NCBI GenBank assembly: GCA_027619655.1
Contig: JAQCHR010000001.1
Coordinates: 1-45,020 of the forward strand
From: Pseudomonadota bacterium
Lineage (GTDB): Bacteria; Pseudomonadota; Alphaproteobacteria; UBA8366; GCA-2717185
Direction of reading: 5' to 3'
DNA length: 45,020 bases
The position numbers and the translations under genes were made by a program. The first letter of the stretch is position 1, and each line of letters begins with the position of its first letter. The notes below the pieces were generated by a model that saw nothing but the letters and a program-made list of their open reading frames with translations, did not search any database and was not told where the DNA came from. Shown piece after piece: positions 10,526-17,545 of this stretch.

Positions 10526-11383
10526 TTAGGCCTGCCTCCAAACCGTGTCAAGACGACCCGCTGCGCCGTTTTGCCGCCCCTGCCCGTCATTTCCCGGCAA
10601 TATGGTGGCGCAAAGCATCCGCGCTCGCACACTGTATTCGGGTGAAATCTCACCCGGCGGCGCAATTTCCCAATCCCATGACCGGTCATGCGCCGGCAGC
10701 ACAATGCCCGGCAGCTGCTCTTCCGTTTTGTGCACCGCACCATCCCGGGACAGGAAATCGCGCCGCGTATCCGTGATCAGGCAGCAGACGGCATCGAACT
10801 GCCGCAAATGCGCCAGATGCGCCCGGGCGACATCCGCGGCAAACCGCAGCGCCTCGTCCCGGGACAATACGATATGCCGGGACAGAAAGCGCAGCGGCGT
10901 CACGGCCAGCTGCGACAACACATTCGCTGATACCAGGAAATCGACCGATGCATGGTCCTGCGGCAGGTTGGGCTGCGGCCGCGGCGGGCCATCCGCGCCC
11001 TGCGCCGCCCCTTCCAGCAGACCCTGCGCCACACCGGAAATATCCCGCGCCACCAGCCTGACATTCGAAAACCGGCGCGCCGCAAGCCGCGCCGGCCAGA
11101 GATGCGCCACATCGACCAGCGTCACCTTCTCAAAGTTCGCCGCCAGCTCCGCCAGCTGAATATCCAGCAACGGGCCGGAACCGTAGACCATTGCATGGCG
11201 ACGCGTGGCGCAGCGCGCCATGGCGGCGCGAATGGCGTCTTTCGATTCCTGCAGGTGGGGCGCCCATTGCCGGCGCCAGCGCCCGTATTGCGCCTGGATC
11301 GCGATCAGTTCCGTCAGATATCCGGCGCGGCGCGCCCAGGCCGGCGCGGGCGTCAACGCCCAGTGCAGCGCCTCGGCGATCAT
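10526..11383 (-). CDS. hypothetical protein, possibly a divergent class I SAM-dependent methyltransferase fold
   Basis: Start chosen at ATG 11383 (MIAEALHW), which avoids overlap with the upstream gene ending at 11394. Weak motif-I-like VYGSGPLLD, an acidic beta-2 end (KVTLVDV), and a later VSANVLSQL. The family assignment is tentative. Confidence 0.55.
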   Translation of the reverse strand: MIAEALHWALTPAPAWARRAGYLTELIAIQAQYGRWRRQWAPHLQESKDAIRAAMARCATRRHAMVYGSGPLLDIQLAELAANFEKVTLVDVAHLWPARLAARRFSNVRLVARDISGVAQGLLEGAAQGADGPPRPQPNLPQDHASVDFLVSANVLSQLAVTPLRFLSRHIVLSRDEALRFAADVARAHLAHLRQFDAVCCLITDTRRDFLSRDGAVHKTEEQLPGIVLPAHDRSWDWEIAPPGEISPEYSVRARMLCATILPGNDGQGRQNGAAGRLDTVWRQA

Positions 11384-11393
11384 CGGTTCGGAT

Positions 11394-11957
11394 TCAGCGG
11401 TTCGCGCCCGGCACCCACAGCACGTCCCCCGCGCCGTTGTCATTGCAGGCCCGCGCCAGCACAAAGAACAGATCGGACAGCCGGTTCAGATAGGCGATGA
11501 CGATTGCGCTCACCGGTTCCTGCGCGGCCAGTTCCGTCACCAGCCGTTCCGCCCGGCGCGCAACGGTGCGCGCCAGATGCAGATAGGCCGCGGCCGCGCT
11601 GCCCCCGGGCAGGACGAAGCTGTTGAGCGGCGCCAGGGATCCGTTGAACCGGTCGATTTCGCCTTCGAGCCAGTCAACCTGGGGCTGGGTCACGCGCAGC
11701 GCCCCAGCGCCGCGTTCGCCGCCCTCCGGGGTGCACAGGTCGGCGCCCAGGTCGAACAGGTCGTTCTGGATGCGGGACAGGACGCTGTCGATCGCCCCGT
11801 CGGTATGAAGCCGGACGAGACCGATGGTCGCGTTGGTTTCATCCACGGTGCCGGTCGCGGCGACGCGCAGGTCGTGCTTGGCGACCCGGCGGCCATCGCC
11901 CAGCGAGGTTTCGCCCTTGTCGCCGCCCCTTGTGTAGATCCGGGTCAACCGCACCAT
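11394..11957 (-). CDS. PduO-type ATP:cob(I)alamin adenosyltransferase
   Basis: 187 aa with an N-terminus (MVRLTRIYTRGGDKGETSL) characteristic of the PduO/MMAB family. Confidence 0.9.
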   Translation of the reverse strand: MVRLTRIYTRGGDKGETSLGDGRRVAKHDLRVAATGTVDETNATIGLVRLHTDGAIDSVLSRIQNDLFDLGADLCTPEGGERGAGALRVTQPQVDWLEGEIDRFNGSLAPLNSFVLPGGSAAAAYLHLARTVARRAERLVTELAAQEPVSAIVIAYLNRLSDLFFVLARACNDNGAGDVLWVPGANR

Positions 11958-11963
11958 GCCGGG

Positions 11964-12164
11964 TCACCCCCTGCCGACAAAAAACAGGACAATCGCAAAC
12001 AACAGCAGCGCCGCCGCCTGCAGCACGACGCGCGCGCGCATCAGCTTGTTGGCGTAACGACGGTTGAATTCGCCGCCGCTCGCCATGCCGATGATGCCGA
12101 CGACAAGCACGGCCAGCGTGGCGACCATCGCCAGAACCATGAAAACAACAAATAGACCGGACAT
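11964..12164 (-). CDS. twin-transmembrane-helix small protein (HIG1-domain family)
   Basis: 66 aa from ATG 12164. Two TM helices are separated by the basic loop NRRYANKLMRARV. It ends 6 nt before the adenosyltransferase start. The longer 93-aa ORF start is unlikely. Confidence 0.75.
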   Translation of the reverse strand: MSGLFVVFMVLAMVATLAVLVVGIIGMASGGEFNRRYANKLMRARVVLQAAALLLFAIVLFFVGRG

Positions 12165-12250
12165 ATCCACGATATAGCGTGTACGAACCGTGTTTGACAC
12201 GCTAAATCGGTATCGGCAGAGCCAGGGATCACGGCAGGGAGACATGTAAC

Positions 12251-12835
12251 GTGAACAAAGAATTGCGCGCGCGCCTGATGGGCATATCGACGGGGACGCT
12301 GACCTACCAGCTGCTGAAGCGAAATATCCGCAACGTCTATATGCGGGGCGTCCTGCCGCTGCACCCGGTGACGGAGCGCATGGTCGGCGTCGCCTATACC
12401 TTGCGGTTCATCCCGATGCGCGAGGATATCGCGGACCTGGCGCTGCTCGCCAGCCCGCAGAACCTGGCGCGCCGCGCCATCGAGGAATGCCCGGCGGGCG
12501 GGGTTCTTGTCACCGATGCCAGGGGCGACCGCGACAGCGGCACCATCGGCGATATTCTCATTACCCGGTTGAAATACCGCGGCGTTGCCGGGATCGTCAC
12601 CGACGGGGGCATTCGCGACGCCGATGCGATTCGCGACATCGGCCTGCCGGTCTTTGGCGCCGGCCCGGCCGCCCCGGCCAGTCCCACCGCCCATTGTCCC
12701 GCCGGCCTGCAGGAACCGATATCCTGTGGCGGTGTCGCGGTATATCCCGGCGATATCATCGTCGCCGATGGCGACGGCTGCGCCGTCCTGCCGCAGGCCT
12801 TGGCGGAGGAAATCGCCCGGGACGCCGCCGCCTAG
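12251..12835 (+). CDS. RraA-family protein (RraA / HMG-CHA aldolase-like fold), terminated by an in-frame TAG
   Basis: GTG start, 194 aa. Core motifs seen: GDILITRL and GIVTDGGIRD. See the continuation feature at 12836-12964. Confidence 0.8.
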   Translation: MNKELRARLMGISTGTLTYQLLKRNIRNVYMRGVLPLHPVTERMVGVAYTLRFIPMREDIADLALLASPQNLARRAIEECPAGGVLVTDARGDRDSGTIGDILITRLKYRGVAGIVTDGGIRDADAIRDIGLPVFGAGPAAPASPTAHCPAGLQEPISCGGVAVYPGDIIVADGDGCAVLPQALAEEIARDAAA

Positions 12836-12964
12836 GAAGGCATTGAGGAATTTATCCAGAAACTCGTCGCCAGCGGCCGGCCGGTCATCGGCACCTATCC
12901 GGCCAGCGACACGGTTCGCGCCGAATATGACGCGTGGCTCAAGGCCGGAAAGCCGGCCTTGTAA
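12836..12964 (+). other. in-frame continuation of the RraA-family ORF after TAG 12833-12835 (42 sense codons, then TAA)
   Basis: Same frame and no stop until 12962-12964. Translation: EGIEEFIQKLVASGRPVIGTYPASDTVRAEYDAWLKAGKPAL. Hand-counted GC3 is 32/42. It resembles the C-terminal tail I remember in longer family members. Confidence 0.5.
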
Positions 12965-13003
12965 CCGCAGAACAGAATGGTATCCGGGAAAACGGCAGCC
13001 GCG

Positions 13004-13225
13004 TCAGCCTTTCGGTCGCCCCTTGGAGCGACCGTTCGTACGGCCTTTTTTCGCGCGGTTCAACCGGTCAACCGGCGCGGGAAACGCCAGAACGACGGCG
13101 CTTTCGGGCCGGTCGATACGGAGCACCGCATCACCGGTCCCGGTCAGGGCCGGCGCAATTTCTTCGACGATTTTCTGATCGACCGGCACGATCGCGGCAA
13201 GGCCGCCATGCCGATATCGGACCAT
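13004..13225 (-). CDS. small basic-tailed protein, possible SpoVT/AbrB (MazE-like) DNA-binding domain
   Basis: 73 aa from ATG 13225. The 86-aa ORF from 13264 starts with rare codons (TTA, ATA, CGA, TCA). MVRYRHGGLAAIVPVDQKIVEEI..GDAVLRID resembles the G-x-x-x-A-V-x-(I/V)-P swapped-hairpin motif. The C-terminal tail is Lys/Arg/Gly-rich. GC3 is about 70%. Confidence 0.45.
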   Translation of the reverse strand: MVRYRHGGLAAIVPVDQKIVEEIAPALTGTGDAVLRIDRPESAVVLAFPAPVDRLNRAKKGRTNGRSKGRPKG

Positions 13226-13480
13226 GCCGCTTGATCGACGGCCATATATGCGTAATTCGAACATCAGACGCTCCCGATCCCTGCACCGGACAGTCCCGTC
13301 AATGTATCGCTTTGCTGCGGCGCGTCAAGACCGTTCCCCGATACCGAAAGATGATTCCGCACAAGATTTTGTGGATGAATCCCGTCCTGCAACGGCACCG
13401 ATAGCAGGAGCCGCGGGTTCACATTGCGGCGGCGGCCGGAGCCCCGATCGGGCATTCCCTGGAAAGGTTGAAAAAAGTCC

Positions 13481-13509
13481 TTGGTTTGGCTGGCCGAACC
13501 GACTAGATT
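13481..13509 (+). promoter_or_regulatory. sigma70-like promoter candidate for the DUF4167 gene
   Basis: TTGGTT (13481-13486), a 17-nt spacer, then TAGATT (13504-13509). Each hexamer matches 4/6. This would give a leader of roughly 185 nt. Confidence 0.2.
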
Positions 13510-13700
13510 TCGAAAATCGACGACATGTTAGCCAAATATGGCTGATTGCGGCGTTCGCAGGTCTGAAGACCTTGATTCAGCCGGTCGGTAGCCCGTGACA
13601 GAGAAGGTCCGGGGGTCGTAGCTCCAAAAGTATGGTTCTCGCGATACGCCTTTACATAGGGCAACTGAGTTTGAGCATTTAAACAATTAATGACGGAAAA

Positions 13701-14351
13701 ATGAGACAAGGGCAAAATCCGAAACGGTCTCGCGGCCGTAGTGGCGGGGGGCGTCGTAATGTGTCCCCGCGGCATCAGAACTTCGACAGCAATGGTCCAA
13801 GTATCCGTATTCGCGGCAATGCGCACCAGGTTTACGAAAAATACCTGCAGCTGGCCCGCGACGCCCATACGGCGGGGGACAGGATTGCGGCTGAAAATAT
13901 GTACCAGCATGCGGAACATTATTTTCGACTCGTGAATATCGAGGATGGCGACAGCAACCAGCCCCGTCAAAATCGCGGAGACGGGAACGATTCCAGATCT
14001 TCGGACCGGCAGTATTCGGGTAACGACGACCAGGATAACGACGATTCCTCGGATTCAAATGAGGAAACGACGCAGGAAGCAGCGAGCCCGTGCCAGCCGC
14101 GCGACGACAGCCGCGGAAACGGCCGGCAAAATGCCCCGGATTCGGACGATGAGACGAAGGTGGCCCGGCGCCCGGCGCGCCGCCCGCACCGAACCACGGC
14201 CCGGCCCGCAGAGGCCGCAGAAAATGGCAATAGCGGTAACGGTAACGGCGCCGACTCGTCGGGCGAAGCTGTCGTTATTGTCGAAAAACCTCCGGCGCCC
14301 TTCGACGCAGCGTCAGGTGACGATTCCATCGACGAGCGCGCCGCCGACTGA
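13701..14351 (+). CDS. DUF4167 domain-containing protein
   Basis: The N-terminus (MRQGQNPKRSRGRSGGGRR..NGPSIRIRGNAHQVYEKYLQLARDAHTAGDRIAAENMYQHAEHYFR) matches the conserved DUF4167 head. The remainder is an acidic/Ser/Asn-rich disordered tail. Confidence 0.85.
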   Translation: MRQGQNPKRSRGRSGGGRRNVSPRHQNFDSNGPSIRIRGNAHQVYEKYLQLARDAHTAGDRIAAENMYQHAEHYFRLVNIEDGDSNQPRQNRGDGNDSRSSDRQYSGNDDQDNDDSSDSNEETTQEAASPCQPRDDSRGNGRQNAPDSDDETKVARRPARRPHRTTARPAEAAENGNSGNGNGADSSGEAVVIVEKPPAPFDAASGDDSIDERAAD

Positions 14352-14637
14352 CCGCGGGCCCGAACCGAAGAAGAAAATCGGCCCGCCCCTCGCGGCGGCG
14401 GAAAAATTGCGCATTTCCTGAAAATTCGGGTAAATCCTGGAATATCGCCGTCCTGATCCAAGACCGGAATCGGCGACGGCAGCAACGCGGGTGGCATTAC
14501 CGCCGTCTGTCCGCAGATCGATGCCTTTTGGGAGGGGCAGGGTGGGCAATCGATCAACGGCTTTCCGAAAACATCCGATGCAAGCATCTTCCGCTTCCGA
14601 CATGTTGCATATTCTCTGGAAACAGCGAACGGGTCAG

Positions 14638-14668
14638 TGATGCCGGTCACAGGCATCAACTTTTCGTA
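14638..14668 (+). terminator. terminator-like hairpin 40 nt upstream of recX
   Basis: TGATGCC (14638-14644) / GGCATCA (14652-14658), with a 7-nt loop, followed by ACTTTTCGTACTTGTTT (T-rich but interrupted). Confidence 0.4.
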
Positions 14669-14707
14669 CTTGTTTATCGTTCCCGGAATCGGCAACATTT
14701 TCGCTGC

Positions 14708-15274
14708 ATGAACAAAACCGGCAAGAAACGGCAGCCGCGACGGGTTTCCGCCCGGTCGCTGGAAGCGGCCGCACTGGCGCATCTGCAGCGTTACAGCACT
14801 TCGGCCGCGAACCTGCGCGCGGTACTGATGCGCCGTGTCTGGCGCGCCGCGCAGGCAAACGGCGACGACCCGGCGGAGGGCGCGGTCATGGTCGATGCGC
14901 TGATCGAACGGTACCTGCGCTCGGGTCTGCTGAATGACGCCGATTATGCCGCGGCGCGGGCCACAACGCTGCATCGACGGGGCGCGTCCAGCCGTGGCAT
15001 ACGGCTGCGCCTTGCGGAGAAGGGCGTCGATGGCGAACAGATCGACCAGGTGCTGGAAAACCTGGAAGACGAAACCGGCGGCGCGGATATCCGCGGCGCC
15101 TTCAATTTTGCGAAGCGGCGGCGGCTTGGCCCCTGGCGCAGGTCAGACCGCGAGTCCCATCGCGACCGCGATATGGCGGCGCTGGGCCGGCAGGGCTACA
15201 GCTTCGAAATCGTCCGACGTATCGTCGATGCCGTTTCTGTCGCATGTCTCGAATCGGACATCGAAGCCGATTAA
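14708..15274 (+). CDS. recX: RecX-like regulatory protein
   Basis: 188 aa from ATG 14708 (MNKTGKKRQPRR). Repeated helical modules and a length typical of RecX. The upstream part of the 248-aa ORF is not protein-like. Confidence 0.8.
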   Translation: MNKTGKKRQPRRVSARSLEAAALAHLQRYSTSAANLRAVLMRRVWRAAQANGDDPAEGAVMVDALIERYLRSGLLNDADYAAARATTLHRRGASSRGIRLRLAEKGVDGEQIDQVLENLEDETGGADIRGAFNFAKRRRLGPWRRSDRESHRDRDMAALGRQGYSFEIVRRIVDAVSVACLESDIEAD

Positions 15275-15286
15275 AGCCAGACGGCT

Positions 15287-16660
15287 TTAGGGTGCAGTGG
15301 CCTCCAGCAGCGGCGACAGCGCAGGCGCATTTTCCAGATCTGCCACGAATTCCAGCATCCGTTCCGTCTTTGCGGCGCCGACAAGCGGTTCCGAGAGACC
15401 GCGGAACTTCGTCTGCAGCCGGCGCCAGGTCAGTTCCAGATCCGTTACCGGGTCGCTCAAATCGGCATGGCCCTGCAAAACGGCGCCGTTCCGCAGATGG
15501 ACGATGATCTTGGCTTCGTTGCGCTCCAGCGTATCGTCCCCGATGACGACCGCCCGGTTACACAACGCCATCACGTCATCGCGGCGGGTGATGGCGTCGT
15601 CAAACGTATCGAGCCGCCCGGTATCGACCCCTGCCAGAGCCAGCCCCACAGTAAAGCGCAGGCTGAATTTCGCCTCCAGCCCGGTTGTCGGGACCGGGAT
15701 GTTGCACATGCGCAGACAGCGCGACGTTACCCTGATTTCGACCCGTTCCACCGCATCGCGGTTGAACGCGGGGTTTTCCCGGCAGGACATTGCGGCATCG
15801 ATTGGCGCATGGGTCCCGAAACAGGCCGCGTGGTATTTGAACCGCATGGTCGGCAGCAGATAGGTTTCGCCCAGCCCCTCCAGCCCCTTTTCGGGTGCAA
15901 ATGTGTCTGTCTGGGTATCGCCGAATCCCTGCAGGCATTCGATGACCGCCGGATTGCTGGTGAAGCCTCGCGACGCCATTTCCGCCGCAAACAGCCCGTT
16001 TTGCGCCGCCTTTCCCGCATGCAGCGGCTTGCACATCGTGCCGAACATCGATTTGAGCCCGGCCGCCTGGGTTCCGGCAATGCCGAGCGCCATGGCGGTT
16101 GTTGCTGCGTCGAGGCCGAGCAGCCGCGCAACGCCCGCCGCCGCCCCGAAATGTCCGACCGTCGCGGTGGCGTGCCAGCCATGGGCGTAATGGCCCTCGC
16201 CCATGATGGCGCCGACCCGGCTTTCGGTTTCAACCCCGGCGGTGAAGGCCTCGATCAGCGCGCGGCCGTTGGCGCCGCGATGTTCCGCCACGGCCAGTAT
16301 CGCCGGCATGACCGGCGCTGTCGGGTGACCGTTCAGGAGCCGCAGCACATCGTCATAATCCAGCGCATGTCCCGCCGATCCGTTGACCAATGCCGCCTGC
16401 CCTGCGGAAACCTTGCCGCCGATCCCGATCAGTGTCGCCTGCGCGGCGCCCCCTTCGGCGCCGACATAATCCGCCAGCTGCCGGGTCAGCGGTTCACGCG
16501 CGCCGGCCATGGTAACGCCCAGCCAGTCCAGCAGGCAGTGCTTGGTCACGAACACAACCTCCGCCGGCAGCCGATCAAAGGTAATGTCGGTGGCGTTCTG
16601 CGCCAGAAGCCGCGTTATTTCCGGACATTCTGCTTTATGTTCAACAGCCTGTTCTACCAT
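15287..16660 (-). CDS. MmgE/PrpD family protein (2-methylcitrate dehydratase-like)
   Basis: 457 aa from ATG 16660, preceded by CAGGAGAAGG. Full-length resemblance to the PrpD fold family. No prpB/prpC in the window. Confidence 0.9.
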   Translation of the reverse strand: MVEQAVEHKAECPEITRLLAQNATDITFDRLPAEVVFVTKHCLLDWLGVTMAGAREPLTRQLADYVGAEGGAAQATLIGIGGKVSAGQAALVNGSAGHALDYDDVLRLLNGHPTAPVMPAILAVAEHRGANGRALIEAFTAGVETESRVGAIMGEGHYAHGWHATATVGHFGAAAGVARLLGLDAATTAMALGIAGTQAAGLKSMFGTMCKPLHAGKAAQNGLFAAEMASRGFTSNPAVIECLQGFGDTQTDTFAPEKGLEGLGETYLLPTMRFKYHAACFGTHAPIDAAMSCRENPAFNRDAVERVEIRVTSRCLRMCNIPVPTTGLEAKFSLRFTVGLALAGVDTGRLDTFDDAITRRDDVMALCNRAVVIGDDTLERNEAKIIVHLRNGAVLQGHADLSDPVTDLELTWRRLQTKFRGLSEPLVGAAKTERMLEFVADLENAPALSPLLEATAP

Positions 16661-16720
16661 TGCCTTCTCCTGTATCCGATGCCGTTGAATAACGGGAACC
16701 CGCATCACGACCGATGATAG

Positions 16721-17491
16721 TCACCGGCGGCGCCTGGCATCAATTCTGAATTTCCCCGGTCCCCGCGTCCGGGCGGCGCCATCCGGCAAAACCACGAATC
16801 GCCGCCGGCCGCGCACCGCCTTGGCGGGCGGCGCCGCGGCATAGATCTGCTTTATCGCCTCCACCAGCAACACGCCGGAAAACTGCGGGAAAAAGCGGTC
16901 GCCAAGCCGTTCTATCGCCGGAGAAGACGACAGGGACAGGCGCGACTGGCTGGGTGGCACATAAAGCGCCCGGGCCGTATCGACCGGCAGGAACAGATTG
17001 TCCTGCAGCAACCGGCGAAGCTGCCGGTTGGTATAGGGCTGGCCATGGCCGAATGGCGTCCGTTCCAGCCGGGCCCAGATGCCGCGGCGATTCGGCACGA
17101 CGATCAGCAGCCGGCCGCCTTCCGACAGTACCCGCCAGGCTTCGCGCATCATGCCGCGCTGGGTCTCGCTCTGTTCGACCGCATGCACCAGCAGCATCCG
17201 GTCGACGGTCAGATCCGCAAAGGGCAGTTCCGCCTCATCCACTAGGGTGACCAGGCCGGGCTCGTGGCGCGGCCAGTGCATTACGCCCTGCTGCGCCGGC
17301 ATGGCGGCGACGACACGTTCCGCTTCACCCCGGAAGGATGTCAGATAGGGTATCGCATAGCCCAGCCCCAGCATCCGCATGCCGCGCACATCCGGCCATA
17401 GCTGGCGGATCCGCCTGCGGATCATACGCTGCGCCACATGCCCGAGCGGGCTGTGATAGAATTCATTCTGGTCGACGACATCGGTCCACAT
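16721..17491 (-). CDS. class I SAM-dependent methyltransferase (type 11-like)
   Basis: 256 aa. The motif I region is MRMLGLGYAIPYL, and a conserved central block follows (DRMLLVHAVEQSE..GRLLIVVPNRRG). It resembles a widely conserved alphaproteobacterial methyltransferase. Confidence 0.8.
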   Translation of the reverse strand: MWTDVVDQNEFYHSPLGHVAQRMIRRRIRQLWPDVRGMRMLGLGYAIPYLTSFRGEAERVVAAMPAQQGVMHWPRHEPGLVTLVDEAELPFADLTVDRMLLVHAVEQSETQRGMMREAWRVLSEGGRLLIVVPNRRGIWARLERTPFGHGQPYTNRQLRRLLQDNLFLPVDTARALYVPPSQSRLSLSSSPAIERLGDRFFPQFSGVLLVEAIKQIYAAAPPAKAVRGRRRFVVLPDGAARTRGPGKFRIDARRRR

Positions 17492-17545
17492 GCCATGAAT
17501 GTATCACAGTGCGGGCAATATGCGGTTACGGGATAGCGAGCATCC

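Noticed and set aside
12833-12835. TAG in the RraA-family gene as a programmed recoding event (pyrrolysine or dedicated read-through).
   Set aside because: No pyl genes or PYLIS-like context are visible, and this decoding is not known in alphaproteobacteria. A simple nonsense mutation or sequencing error is far more parsimonious.
13371-13399. tRNA 3'-end-like string (GGATGAATCC...ACGGCACC) that might mark an integration site.
   Set aside because: Only a 3-bp T-stem can be drawn. There is no acceptor-stem complement and no upstream D or anticodon arms.
13264-13455. A 63-aa minus-strand ORF whose TGA overlaps the ATG at 13264 (TGATG). This suggested a coupled two-gene, toxin-antitoxin-like operon.
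   Set aside because: The peptide is not protein-like and resembles no small-toxin family I know (e.g. HicA). The more likely start of the downstream gene is ATG 13225, because the first 13 codons of the long form use rare codons. That removes the apparent coupling.
14313-14603. A 96-aa minus-strand ORF with a CxxC (ACIGCF) in the DUF4167-recX gap.
   Set aside because: Hand-counted GC3 is about 62%, well below real genes here. It overlaps the DUF4167 3' end, and I see no recognisable family or RBS.
16844-16857. A 14-nt exact reverse-complement match between the etfA-hbd spacer (8686-8699, CGATAAAGCAGATC) and the methyltransferase gene (GATCTGCTTTATCG).
   Set aside because: The second copy is ordinary coding sequence (AIKQIY) with no flanking palindrome. 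I treat it as chance unless a genome-wide search shows a dispersed element.
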